NCBI GenBank assembly: GCA_027486335.1 | Contig: JAIXPK010000220.1 | Span: 5,620 to 69,619, forward strand | DNA: 64,000 nt | Direction of reading: 5' to 3' | Source: Verrucomicrobiaceae bacterium | Lineage (GTDB): Bacteria > Verrucomicrobiota > Verrucomicrobiia > Verrucomicrobiales > V1-33 | Part shown: positions 7,850-17,205 of the stretch, in pieces | How the letters are laid out: each line of letters begins with the position of its first letter | How positions within the stretch are numbered: the first letter of the stretch is position 1 | Program-made: the position numbers and the translations under genes | Notes under the pieces: model-generated | Databases searched by the model: none | Seen by the model: only the letters and a program-made list of their open reading frames with translations | Told to the model about the DNA's origin: nothing

Positions 7850-9388
7850 TTAGAGGAGACTTTCGATGGGGAGGAGCCGGTAGATACAGCATTTGAAGCG
7901 CTGCCAGCGGGTGGTGGCGGGTTCGTGGTGGGAGATGGGCGGGGCCCATTCGAGCCGGTAGTGCGGGTTGAGAGTGACGCGCCATGAGTTTTCGGGGAGT
8001 GTGGCGGTGTCGAGGAAGTTGGAGACCCTGCGGGCGATGACTGGGTTGTCGATGAGGAGACCGACCTCGGTATTGATGTTAGCGGAGCGCGGGTCGAGAT
8101 TGAAGCTGCCGACGAAGGCTTTGCGTTCGTCGATGACGAGGGCCTTGGTGTGGATGCCGGTGAGGGCGGATTGGCGGCCGGGGGCGTGGTCGGCGCGGGC
8201 GACGGCGGCGTCCGGGCGGAGTTCGTAGAGAGTTGCGCCGGAGCGGAGGAGATCGTGGCGGCGGTTGGCGTGGCCCGAGTGAGCGGCGGGTTGGTTAGTG
8301 GAGGCGAGGGAGTTGGTGACGACGCGGACGTGGACCTGTTTATTGAGGAGCGCGCTGGTGATGGCGGCGTCGCGTTTGCTCATGACGAAGTAGGCGGCTT
8401 CGACTTCGAGGGAGTGGCGGGCAGTGGCGAGTTCCTGTTCGAGGCGTTTGACGAGAGTGCCTTCGTGGTTGCGGGAGCGGAAGGAGGCGATGTTGTCGTA
8501 GAGGACCTCGCAGCGTGCGAAGACGAGGTCTTTGGCGATGGCTCGCTGGCGGGCGGCGAGGGAGGATTCGCGCGGGAGGAACGGGGAGTGTTCGGCGGCG
8601 AGTTGTGATTTGAGGGTGTCGGTCTGGGACTGGAGGGAGGCGAGGTCGGCGCGGCTGCGGGTGAGGGCTTCGACGGGAACGGCGACGGCGCTGTTCCAGT
8701 AGTCGTCGAAGACGCGGGAGGCGTCGCGGACGACCGGGCCGGCGGCGAAGAGGTCGAGGTCGCGCATGTTATGGGATTTGTGGAGCCCGAAGTATTCGTC
8801 GGCGATGTTGCGGCCACCGATGACGGCGCAGGCATTGTCCATGATGAACATTTTGTTATGCATGCGGTAGTTGAGGCGTGCGAAGTCGAGGATGAAGTCG
8901 ATTTTGCGGAGCCTGCGCCAGCCCTGAGGATTGAAGAGACGGATTTCGACGTTCGGGTGGGCGGCCATGGCGGCGAGGGTTCGGTCGCTGAAGGTCGGGT
9001 TGAGGTCGTCGATGAGGAAGCGGATGCGGACCCCGCGGCGGGCGGCGGCGAGGACGGCGTCGGTGAGGAGGAGGCCGACGGTGTCCGGGGTCCAGAGGAA
9101 GTACTGGATGTCGAGGGTTTTGGTGGCGCGGGAGGCGAGGAGGAGACGGTCGTTGAAGGCGTCGATGTTGGAGTTGATGACGGCGATGCCTGAGGTTCCG
9201 GGCGGGGCGGCGCGGAGCTGGAGTTCCACGGAGGCGGCCCAGCCGGAGGAGGGAGGGGCGGCGAGGGCTTTGGAGATTTGGCGCGGGGATTTCCGGCCGG
9301 GAATGGCGCAGGCGACGGAGAAGAGGGTTGCTGCGACGAGGAGGAATCGTGCGGCGGCGCTGGTCAGGAAACGGGCGTGGGCGGGCAT
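7850..9388 (-). CDS. Phospholipase D family protein (two HKD motifs)
   Basis: HNKMFIMDNACAVIGGRNIADEY and HTKALVIDERKAFVGSFNLDPRS; N-terminal signal/anchor MPAHARFLTSAAARFLLVAATLFSVAC. Confidence 0.85.
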   Translation of the reverse strand: MPAHARFLTSAAARFLLVAATLFSVACAIPGRKSPRQISKALAAPPSSGWAASVELQLRAAPPGTSGIAVINSNIDAFNDRLLLASRATKTLDIQYFLWTPDTVGLLLTDAVLAAARRGVRIRFLIDDLNPTFSDRTLAAMAAHPNVEIRLFNPQGWRRLRKIDFILDFARLNYRMHNKMFIMDNACAVIGGRNIADEYFGLHKSHNMRDLDLFAAGPVVRDASRVFDDYWNSAVAVPVEALTRSRADLASLQSQTDTLKSQLAAEHSPFLPRESSLAARQRAIAKDLVFARCEVLYDNIASFRSRNHEGTLVKRLEQELATARHSLEVEAAYFVMSKRDAAITSALLNKQVHVRVVTNSLASTNQPAAHSGHANRRHDLLRSGATLYELRPDAAVARADHAPGRQSALTGIHTKALVIDERKAFVGSFNLDPRSANINTEVGLLIDNPVIARRVSNFLDTATLPENSWRVTLNPHYRLEWAPPISHHEPATTRWQRFKCCIYRLLPIESLL

Positions 9389-9519
9389 GGGAGGGCAGTA
9401 ATGAATTCCGGGTGATCGGGCAAGGCGGATGGCGAGGGAAACTGGGGGGGATGGTGAGGGTGGGGAAAATCGGGAGTTGAGCGGCTTGATGAGGCGGGAG
9501 AACCGGGTGAGTGGTGGGG

Positions 9520-10893
9520 ATGCATGTGAGTGTGTTTGAACTGTTCAAGGTGGGGATTGGGCCATCGAGCTCGCATACGGTGGGGCCGATGAAGGCGGCG
9601 CGGGCGTTTGTGGCGGAGTTGGGGGCGGGTGGGATGGAGGATCGGGTGGAGCGGGTGGTGGTGAATCTGTTTGGGTCGCTGGCGTTGACTGGGAAGGGGC
9701 ACGGGACGGACAAGGCGGTGATTCTGGGTTTGGAGGGGCATTTACCGGAGACGGTGCCGCTGGAGGAGATTGAGCCGACGCTGGAGCGGGTGAGGGGGCA
9801 GGAGCGATTGAGGTTGGGTGGGGGGCGGGAGATTGCGTTTCCAGTGAAGGAGTCGCTGGTGTTTCAGCGGATGAAGAGCCTGCCGTTTCATCCGAACGGG
9901 ATGAGTTTCGGGGCGTTTGGTGCGGGCGGCGAGGAACTGCTGGGGCGCGTGTATTACAGTGTGGGTGGCGGATTTATTGTGCGGGAGGAGGAGACGGGTG
10001 GCGGGGTGGTTGAAGTGGTGGAGGTGCCGATGCCGTTCAATTCGGCGGCGGAATTGCTGGGGTGGTGTCGGGCGGAGGGGATTGCGATGAGCGAAGTGCA
10101 GCGTCGCAATGAGTTGGTGACCCGGACTCGGGAGGGATTGGGGGAGGGATTGGAGGCGATCTGGCGGGCGATGCAGGATTGTGTGGCGCGGGGGTGTGCG
10201 GTGGATGGGGAGTTGCCGGGTGGGTTGAAGGTGCGGCGGCGTGCGAAGCAGTGGCACGAGCAGTTGCGGGAGCAGCCGGAGGCGAGTTTGCGGGATCCGC
10301 TGACGGTGCTGGACTGGGTGAATCTGTATGCGCTGGCGGTGAATGAGGAGAATGCGGCTGGTGGGCGGGTGGTGACGGCTCCGACGAATGGGGCGGCGGG
10401 GATTATTCCGGCGGTGCTGCATTATGCGACGCGGTTCACGCATTCGGCGTGGCCTGATGGTGTGCACCGGTTTCTACTGACGGCGGCGGCGATCGGGGCG
10501 CTTTACAAGAAGAATGCGAGCATCAGCGGGGCGGATGTGGGGTGTCAGGGGGAGGTGGGCGTGGCGTGTTCGATGGCGGCGGCGGGGTTGACGGAGTATC
10601 TGGGGGGGACGCCGGAGCAGGTGGAGAATGCGGCGGAGATCGGGATGGAGCACAATCTGGGGCTGACGTGTGATCCGGTGGGCGGGTTGGTGCAGATTCC
10701 GTGCATTGAGCGGAATGCGATGGGGTCGGTGAAGGCGATCAATGCGGCGCGGATGGCGTTGCGCGGGGACGGGCGGCATTTTGTGTCGCTGGACAAGGCG
10801 ATCCGGACGATGCTGGCGACGGGGCGGGACATGAAAACGAAGTACAAGGAGACGTCGCGGGGCGGGCTGGCGGTGAATGTGGTGGAGTGCTGA
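9520..10893 (+). CDS. sdaA: L-serine ammonia-lyase (iron-sulfur dependent, single chain)
   Basis: [25 protein letters not shown]-terminus and [16 protein letters not shown], with full-length collinearity to the SdaA architecture. The ATG at 9520 is preferred over the GTG at 9511. Confidence 0.9.
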   Translation: MHVSVFELFKVGIGPSSSHTVGPMKAARAFVAELGAGGMEDRVERVVVNLFGSLALTGKGHGTDKAVILGLEGHLPETVPLEEIEPTLERVRGQERLRLGGGREIAFPVKESLVFQRMKSLPFHPNGMSFGAFGAGGEELLGRVYYSVGGGFIVREEETGGGVVEVVEVPMPFNSAAELLGWCRAEGIAMSEVQRRNELVTRTREGLGEGLEAIWRAMQDCVARGCAVDGELPGGLKVRRRAKQWHEQLREQPEASLRDPLTVLDWVNLYALAVNEENAAGGRVVTAPTNGAAGIIPAVLHYATRFTHSAWPDGVHRFLLTAAAIGALYKKNASISGADVGCQGEVGVACSMAAAGLTEYLGGTPEQVENAAEIGMEHNLGLTCDPVGGLVQIPCIERNAMGSVKAINAARMALRGDGRHFVSLDKAIRTMLATGRDMKTKYKETSRGGLAVNVVEC

Positions 10894-10988
10894 GGGGATA
10901 TTTCGATGTCCGTGACGAATCAGTCATTGGACAGATGAGGCGGGAGGCGCATAGAGTCTGAAATTCTGATTTCTCGTTCCTTTTCTTC

Positions 10989-11231
10989 ATGATTCCGTTG
11001 ATTTTAGTGCTGGCTCTTGAGACTCCGGACGCGGCGGCGGTGGTGCCGACGGCGGTTCCGGTGACGGAGTGGCGGGCACCGGACAGTGATCCGGCGTTGC
11101 CGGCGGGTCCGTTGTTTCATCCGGTGCGTCCGGACAACATGGCGACTCCTCCGATGCCGGTGCCAGAGCCGGTGTGGAGTTCGGTGGCTGCTGCGGCGGC
11201 CTTGGTGCTGATGCGGCGGCGGGTGCGATGA
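10989..11231 (+). CDS. Small protein with PEP-CTERM-like sorting tail
   Basis: 80 aa ending VPEPVWSSVAAAAALVLMRRRVR, which is a PEP motif, a hydrophobic helix and an Arg cluster. The body is Pro-rich, so coding status is uncertain. Confidence 0.4.
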   Translation: MIPLILVLALETPDAAAVVPTAVPVTEWRAPDSDPALPAGPLFHPVRPDNMATPPMPVPEPVWSSVAAAAALVLMRRRVR

Positions 11232-11371
11232 AAGTGAGAAGTGGGAAGTGGGAAGTGAGAAAGGCCTGTGGGGAGAGGGTGGAGGGGAAAGTGAGAAGTG
11301 GAAAGTGGGAAGTGAGAAAGGCCTGTGGGGAGAGGGTGGAGGAAGTGGGAAGGGCTTGTGGGGAGAGGGGG
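11231..11371. repeat. Tandem repeat, about 57-bp unit x 2.5
   Basis: aaagtgagaagtgggaagtgggaagtgagaaaggcctgtggggagagggtggagggg (11231-11287) repeats almost exactly at 11288-11342, and a partial third copy runs to about 11371. Confidence 0.85.
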
Positions 11372-11453
11372 CGAAGGGGCGGAGGGGAGCGAATGGGTAA
11401 ATGAGGGGTTGCAATGACTGGGAACGGGGTGACTGTCTCGACACTACTGTCAT

Positions 11454-11811
11454 GGGGGCGCACCGGTTTCGACTGGTAATCGGAAGCGCGGGCAGCATGC
11501 CGCGGATGATTCGTTGGCCGCGTTAACAATCCGGATCAAAACAAACAAATGCGAACTCTAACGAGCTTGCTCTCGCTGCTTAATTGACAGCGACGGTCGA
11601 CGCAGAATGTCTGTTACTGCGAAGGCCGACTACCAACAGGCTGGTTTCTGAGCCGGGCATCCGGGCGAGGAGACGAGATTCAACAGGGTGACCGGGGAGA
11701 AGAATTCTGTCGGCGGAAGTCTTCAACCTTAAATCAAATCGCTGGCTAAGCATGTAGAAACCTACGCGGAAGGGTATCAGGACACGGGTTCAATTCCCGT
11801 CGCCTCCACCA
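11454..11811 (+). ncRNA. ssrA: tmRNA (transfer-messenger RNA)
   Basis: The 5' end GGGGGCGCACCGGTTTCGACTGG pairs with the 3' end CGCCTCC-A-CCA, including the G3:U wobble. A T-arm is present (GGACACGGGTTCAATTCCCGTC). The tag reading frame is GCG AAC TCT AAC GAG CTT GCT CTC GCT GCT TAA (11551-11583), giving ANSNELALAA. Confidence 0.92.
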
Positions 11812-11824
11812 ATCCATGAGTGAT

Positions 11825-11860
11825 CCGCCGCCCCTCCCCGGGGGCGGCGGATGTTTTTTT
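11825..11860 (+). terminator. Intrinsic terminator after ssrA
   Basis: ccgccgcccc (11825-11834) pairs with ggggcggcgg (11841-11850), followed by a T7 run (11854-11860). Confidence 0.8.
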
Positions 11861-11974
11861 GGGTGGGGTGGGGAGGGGGGAATTCGGATGCGTGAGGGAG
11901 GAAGTGGTGCGATAGGGAGGTGCGCTGGGGCTTGAGGCGGCGGGATGCTGCGGGCGGCGGCGCTGGAGAACTGC

Positions 11975-12931
11975 ATGAAACGGTACCTTACTGCGATTTT
12001 ACTGAGCCTTGTGTTTTTGGGACCGCTGGGCCTTTGCGGGTATTACCGGTGTTACACGGAGCCGCGGGTTGGGTTGTTGACGATCTGGTTGGTGTTCACG
12101 TTTGGGTTGAGCGTGCCGTGCCATGTGGTTGCGGATTTATGGCGGCGCTGGATGCGATGGCCGGTGTGGACGGTGTTCGGGGTGGTGCCGGTGCTGGCGT
12201 ATCTGGTGTATTTGGTGGGATTGCCGGGCGGGGTTGGCGAGAGGCGGTCCAGTTCCGTGTTCGGCAGCTATGGGCCTGCGGGGCGGGAGAGCCTGCGGTT
12301 CTGGATGATCTGGGCGGCGACGCTGCCGATGAGTGCCGTGGTGAGTTGTGCGAGTGTTGCGGGGATTGAGATTGGGCGCGGCTTGGGAGGGAGGCTGGGG
12401 CGTTGGGGCGCTCGGTACGGGGCGATCGGGCTGGTGAGTGGCGTCTTCTGGATAGAGGTGGTGCTGTTTGAGGGATGGGCGTGGATGGCGGACAGTTCCG
12501 GGAACGGCACAGGGGTTTATGCGATGCTGTATGTGGTGGCGGCGTATTCGGTGAGTAGGGGTTGGATGAGGGTGCTGGCCTCGATGGGAATGCTGCTGGG
12601 CCGATCGCTGGCATACAGTCTGCTATTTATGGCTGCTATTGACTTCATCCGGCGGCGACGGGGATGGAGGGCGGCGGCGATCCTGTGGCTGGGTCCGGCG
12701 GTGGCGATGGTGCTGAGTTATCTCTGGCTAGTGGTGATGACTGGTGGTGCGCTTGGGTTTTCGAGGGAAGCTGTGGTAGCTGCTGCCATGCACGGGCTGT
12801 ATATGTTTCCGCTGAGCCTGTCGCTGGCGGTTGCGTACTGGCTGATGCCTCCGGTGAAGGCGAAGGCGGAGGAGAGCGAGGGGCGAGAGTTGGATGACGG
12901 AGTCAGCGGCGGGCGGCGAGGACGTTCCTGA
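11975..12931 (+). CDS. Polytopic membrane protein, unknown function
   Basis: About 8 hydrophobic segments (for example LTAILLSLVFLGPLGLCGYY and WTVFGVVPVLAYLVYLVGL). The ATG at 11975 is preferred. The 3' end overlaps the convergent sulfatase by 29 nt. Confidence 0.6.
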   Translation: MKRYLTAILLSLVFLGPLGLCGYYRCYTEPRVGLLTIWLVFTFGLSVPCHVVADLWRRWMRWPVWTVFGVVPVLAYLVYLVGLPGGVGERRSSSVFGSYGPAGRESLRFWMIWAATLPMSAVVSCASVAGIEIGRGLGGRLGRWGARYGAIGLVSGVFWIEVVLFEGWAWMADSSGNGTGVYAMLYVVAAYSVSRGWMRVLASMGMLLGRSLAYSLLFMAAIDFIRRRRGWRAAAILWLGPAVAMVLSYLWLVVMTGGALGFSREAVVAAAMHGLYMFPLSLSLAVAYWLMPPVKAKAEESEGRELDDGVSGGRRGRS

Positions 12932-14258
12932 GGTGGGCTAGGGTGTCGGCGTTGGCGGGGTGGGAGGCGACGTTGTGCCACTCGCCGGAATCGGTGTTGT
13001 GGTCGTAGAGTTCGGTTGTGCCGTCGCTCCATGAGATGAAGCGCCAGCGGTTGGTGCGGAGGCTGAAGCCGGTGATGTTGCCGCGGGAGATGTGGGTGAG
13101 GGCGGATTCGTGGAGGGAGAGATCCGGGTTGGCGAGGAGAGGCTGGAGGTTTTTGCCTTTAACGGTGGCTGGGAGAGGGAGGGCGCAGATTGAGGCGATG
13201 GTGGGGTAGAGATCGAGGAATTCGACGAGACTGCGGCAGACGGCGGGTTTGGTGCCTGGGGCGGCGATGAGGAGGGGGGCGCGGCAGGAGCGTTCGAAGA
13301 GCGTGTTTTTGTTCCACCAGCCGCGTTCGCCGAGATGATAGCCGTGGTCGCCGACGAAGATGACGATGGTTTTGTCCCAGAGGTTGAGACGGTCCATGGC
13401 GTCCATGAGGCGACCGACCTGGGCGTCGGTCTGGGAGACCCCGGCGTAGTAATGTGTGAGGAAGTCCATGCGGTCCCTGTCGTCGAAGCGATTGAAGGCG
13501 GCTTCGAAGGCACCGCCGCCGAGGGCGTGTTTGTTGAGAGGCGAGGCGTCGGCGGGGTCGCGGTGGAGGGAGAGCGAGCCAGCGGGGAACTGGGCGACGT
13601 ATTTTTTTGAGACGACGAAGGGGTCGTGCGGGCGATGGAAGCCAGCGCCGATGAACCATGGTTTGGCGGCGAGTTTTTCCATGGCGGCGATGGTTTGCTG
13701 GGCGGTCTGGCCGTCGGACTGGTCGTTGTCGGCGCCTTCGAGGTCGGCGACCTCGCACCATTTGAGGGAGCCGTTGGTGAGATTGCGGCGCGGGCCGGAA
13801 TTGCCGAGGGCGGTGGGGCGGAACATGGAGGCTTGGTCCCATGATTTGCCGATGTCGAGGAAGCGGTTTTCGGAGGTGCCTTCGACGAGACCGGCGTGGT
13901 AGATTTTGCCGAAGGATAGGGCGGTGGCACCGTGCTGGCGGAAGAGTTGGGGGAGGGCGATGATGTCCGGCATTTTGTCGCGGAAGAACGTGGCATTGCC
14001 GGTGATGCCGTTGTGTTCCGGGCGAGTGCTGGTGAGGAGGGAGACCCTGCTAGGGTTGCAGACGGGGTACTGGACGTAGGCGCGGTCGAAGCGGACGGCG
14101 CGGGCGGCGAGCCGGTCGAGGTGGGGCGTTTTTGCCATGGAGTCCCCGTAGCAGCCCATGGCGGGACGGAGATCGTCGGCCATGATGAGGAGGACATTGA
14201 GGGAGGGGGTGGCGGCGGCGGGTGCGGCGAGCGCGAGGATGAGGAAGAGGGACTTCAT
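12903..14258 (-). CDS. Sulfatase (Cys-type, iduronate-2-sulfatase-like)
   Basis: Signal peptide MKSLFLILALAAPAAA; LLIMADDLRP; formylglycine signature CNPSRVSLLTS; GDHGYHLGE. Confidence 0.9.
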   Translation of the reverse strand: MKSLFLILALAAPAAATPSLNVLLIMADDLRPAMGCYGDSMAKTPHLDRLAARAVRFDRAYVQYPVCNPSRVSLLTSTRPEHNGITGNATFFRDKMPDIIALPQLFRQHGATALSFGKIYHAGLVEGTSENRFLDIGKSWDQASMFRPTALGNSGPRRNLTNGSLKWCEVADLEGADNDQSDGQTAQQTIAAMEKLAAKPWFIGAGFHRPHDPFVVSKKYVAQFPAGSLSLHRDPADASPLNKHALGGGAFEAAFNRFDDRDRMDFLTHYYAGVSQTDAQVGRLMDAMDRLNLWDKTIVIFVGDHGYHLGERGWWNKNTLFERSCRAPLLIAAPGTKPAVCRSLVEFLDLYPTIASICALPLPATVKGKNLQPLLANPDLSLHESALTHISRGNITGFSLRTNRWRFISWSDGTTELYDHNTDSGEWHNVASHPANADTLAHLRNVLAARR

Positions 14259-14270
14259 GGCGCGGCGAGG

Positions 14271-15659
14271 TCACTTTGCGGGAGCCGCAGGTTTGTTGGC
14301 GTCGGGTGGCGGCGAGTAATCGGCGGCCTGCATGAGCTTGGTGAGTTCGGCGTCGAGAGTGGCTGTGAGGGAGGCGTCGGCGGCGAGGTTTTTGATTTCG
14401 TAGGGATCGGTGGAGAGGTCGAAGACCTCGGTCCATTCCGGGTGGTTAGGGTAGCGGACGAGCTTGTGGGTGTCGGTGCGGAGGGCGTAGCAGGTGGGGA
14501 CATCGCCGAGTTCCTTGTAGTACTGGGCGAGGAAGGACGAGCGCCATGAGGCGGGTTTGAGGCCAGCGGCGAGAGGTTTCCAGCTAGCGCCCTGCATCTG
14601 GGATGGGACGGGCAGCCCGGCGAGATCGAGGAAGGATGGGGCGAGGTCGATGTTGAGGACGAGCTGGTCGACGACTGAGCCTTTTGGGAAGAGACGCGGG
14701 TAGCGGACGATGAAGGGGATGCGGAGGGATTCGTCGTAGAGCGAGCGTTTGTCGCCGGAGTTGTGTTCGCCGAGGTAGTAGCCGTTGTCGCTGGAGTAGA
14801 CGACGACCGTGTCGTCGGCGAGGCCGAGGGAATCGAGGGAGTCGAGGAGACGTGCGATGTTGTCGTCGACGCCGGCGACGTGGCGGAGGTAGTCGAGATG
14901 GACCTCGTTGGCGGAGAGCCCGGTGGCTTTGGAGCCGTCGGCGGCGGGTTTGTGGAAGATGGCGGGGACCCCGCAGTTAGGGGTGGGGCGACTGGATTGG
15001 CCGTCGTAGAGATTGCGGAGACGAGGTGGGAGGTGGTTGCCGCCGCGCGGGCTGTGAGGGCTTTTGTAGCCGAGGACGACGGAGAACGGCTGGTCCTTGT
15101 GCTGGCGGATGAAGTCGATGGCGAAGTCTGTGGCGACGTCGTCGGTCCAGCCCTTGGTGGGGGTGGTGGTGCCGTTGACCTCGAATGGGCAGTTCTGGTG
15201 CTGGCCCTGGCCGATGTAGCTGGCGGAGTAGGCGAAGCCTGGGCGGATGCGCTGATTGCCCATGTGCCATTTGCCGATGTAGGCGGTCTGGTAGCCAGCG
15301 GCGCGGAGGAGGGAGGCGTGAGTGATGGAATCGGCGGGGAACGGGCGGCTGTTGTTGGTGATGCCGTTGAGGTGATTGTAGCGGCCGGTGAGGAAGGCGG
15401 CGCGGCTAGGGGCGCAGAGGGAAAGAGTGACGAAGGCGTTGCGGAAGCGGACCCCTTCGGCAGCGAGACGGTCCATGCCTTTGGACTGGATCCATGGGAA
15501 GCGGGCCTTGTCGCCTTGTTCGCGCTGGACGGTGCCGATGGCGTCCCAGCGGTGGTCGTCGGAATAGATGAAGAGGAAGTTAGGTTTGCGGTCGGCGGCG
15601 CGGGCTGTGGTGATGCCGAGAGCGAGGAGGAGGAAGAGGAGAGTGGGGAGCGGTTTCAT
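14271..15659 (-). CDS. Sulfatase (Cys-type)
   Basis: Start trimmed to MKPLPTLLFLLLALGITTARA (residue 205 of the track ORF, which otherwise overlaps the upstream gene). FLFIYSDDHRWD; CAPSRAAFLTGRY; SSDNGYYLGEH. Confidence 0.9.
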   Translation of the reverse strand: MKPLPTLLFLLLALGITTARAADRKPNFLFIYSDDHRWDAIGTVQREQGDKARFPWIQSKGMDRLAAEGVRFRNAFVTLSLCAPSRAAFLTGRYNHLNGITNNSRPFPADSITHASLLRAAGYQTAYIGKWHMGNQRIRPGFAYSASYIGQGQHQNCPFEVNGTTTPTKGWTDDVATDFAIDFIRQHKDQPFSVVLGYKSPHSPRGGNHLPPRLRNLYDGQSSRPTPNCGVPAIFHKPAADGSKATGLSANEVHLDYLRHVAGVDDNIARLLDSLDSLGLADDTVVVYSSDNGYYLGEHNSGDKRSLYDESLRIPFIVRYPRLFPKGSVVDQLVLNIDLAPSFLDLAGLPVPSQMQGASWKPLAAGLKPASWRSSFLAQYYKELGDVPTCYALRTDTHKLVRYPNHPEWTEVFDLSTDPYEIKNLAADASLTATLDAELTKLMQAADYSPPPDANKPAAPAK

Positions 15660-15669
15660 GAGATTGGGG

Positions 15670-17205
15670 TTATTTGAGGAATCGTTGCCATTTGACGGGC
15701 ACGTCGTTGGGATGGGCGTTGACGAGCCGCTGCATGGCGGCGGTGAGATCGGCGACGACGTCGGGGTGCTGGTTCCAGAGGTTAGTGGATTCGGAGGGAT
15801 CGGATGCGAGATTGTAGAGCTGGCCGGAGGAGGCGATGGGAGGGGCACCGGAGAAACCGCCGCCGGATTGGCCGAAGATGATTTTCCATGAACCGCGCCG
15901 GAGGGAGGGGAGACCGGAGCTAGCGTGGCTGATGGCGAACTCGCGGACAGGGTTGGTACTGCCTTTGAGGAGCGGGAGAAGACTGACGCTGTCTTCTGCG
16001 GCGGTGGAGGGAAGGGCGGTGTGGAGGGAATCCGCCAGGGTGGCGATGAGGTCGGCGTGATGAACGAGCGCGTTGCAGGTCGAGCCGGGAGCGACGGTGC
16101 CGGGCCAGCGGACGATGAACGGGACCCGGTGCCCGCCTTCCCATGCATCGGCTTTGTAGCCGCGCCATGGGCCGCTGGGGAAGTGGCCTTTGGCTTCGAG
16201 GTCCTTTGCGCCGATGTAGGGGGCGCAGCCATTGTCGCTGGTGAGGATGACGAGAGTGCGCTGGGCGGCACCGGATTTTTCGAGCGAGTCGAGGATGCGG
16301 CCGACGGCGGCGTCGGTTTGCATGACGAAGTCGGCGTAGGGGTTGAGACTGCTTTTGCCGCGCCAGTCGGCGGTGGGGCTGATGGGGGTGTGCGGGGAGG
16401 TTAGGGGGAGGTAGAGGAAGAATGGTTCCGGGTGCTTCGCGGCGTCATCGATGAAGGTGCAGGCGCGGTCGGTGAGGGTGGGGAGGATGTTTTCGAGATT
16501 CCAGTTGGCGAGGGCGGGGCCGCGGAGACTGGCCTTGTGATCGAGGAGATCGGCAGCGGGGAGCAGATTGGAAGGGATGCCGACAGTGCGGGTGTTTTCG
16601 ATGAAGCAGAAAGGCGGCCAGTTAGGGACATCGGTGCCGAAGTAGGAATCGAAACCGGCTTCGGTGGGACCGCCGAGGAAGTCGCGCGAGTAGATGGTGT
16701 GCCATGCGGCGCGGTCGGCGGCGAGGGTGTTCTCGTCGGCGGCGGGATTGTCTTTTTTGCGGTAGCTGAGGAGGAGCTTTCGTTCCGGGGCGGAGAGTTG
16801 GAGGTTCCAGCCGAGGTGCCATTTGCCGATGGCGGCGGTGCGGTAGCCTTGCTGTTTGAGGAAGTCGGCGACGGTGAGCCTGTCTGGGGCGATGAGGGGG
16901 TCGCCGAGATAGGGGACGATGCCTGACTGGAGGCGGGAGCGCCAGTGATAGCGGCCGGTGAGGAGCGCGTAGCGGGAGGGAGAGCAGACCCCGCTGGAGG
17001 AGTGGGCGTCGGTGAAGCGCATGCCCTGAGCGGCGAGGGCGTCGAGGTTTGGCGTGGGGATCCTGCCGCGATCCGGGTTATAGCAATGGACATCACCGTA
17101 GCCGAGGTCGTCGGCGAGGATGACGAGGACATTGGGTTTCTCGACGGCGCGGGAGCGTGTGGTGACGAGGCAGAGTGCGCAGAAGAGGAGGGCGCGGAGA
17201 TTCAT
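15670..17205 (-). CDS. Arylsulfatase-A-like sulfatase (Cys-type)
   Basis: VLVILADDLGYGDV; CSPSRYALLTGRY; LTSDNG. Its ATG overlaps the stop of the upstream sulfatase (ATGA at 17202-17205). Confidence 0.9.
   Translation of the reverse strand: MNLRALLFCALCLVTTRSRAVEKPNVLVILADDLGYGDVHCYNPDRGRIPTPNLDALAAQGMRFTDAHSSSGVCSPSRYALLTGRYHWRSRLQSGIVPYLGDPLIAPDRLTVADFLKQQGYRTAAIGKWHLGWNLQLSAPERKLLLSYRKKDNPAADENTLAADRAAWHTIYSRDFLGGPTEAGFDSYFGTDVPNWPPFCFIENTRTVGIPSNLLPAADLLDHKASLRGPALANWNLENILPTLTDRACTFIDDAAKHPEPFFLYLPLTSPHTPISPTADWRGKSSLNPYADFVMQTDAAVGRILDSLEKSGAAQRTLVILTSDNGCAPYIGAKDLEAKGHFPSGPWRGYKADAWEGGHRVPFIVRWPGTVAPGSTCNALVHHADLIATLADSLHTALPSTAAEDSVSLLPLLKGSTNPVREFAISHASSGLPSLRRGSWKIIFGQSGGGFSGAPPIASSGQLYNLASDPSESTNLWNQHPDVVADLTAAMQRLVNAHPNDVPVKWQRFLK

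Noticed and set aside
14271-16271. N-terminal extensions of track ORFs: 14271-16271, 17202-18824, 18667-20199, 19748-21280, 21305-22213, 22054-24141, 25519-29034, 35663-37051, 51838-60159, 62180-62875 and 62805-63638.
   Set aside because: The extensions overlap the upstream gene or repeat DNA and translate to Pro/Ser-rich nonsense. In each case an internal ATG is immediately followed by a signal peptide or the conserved family N-terminus, so I used that start.
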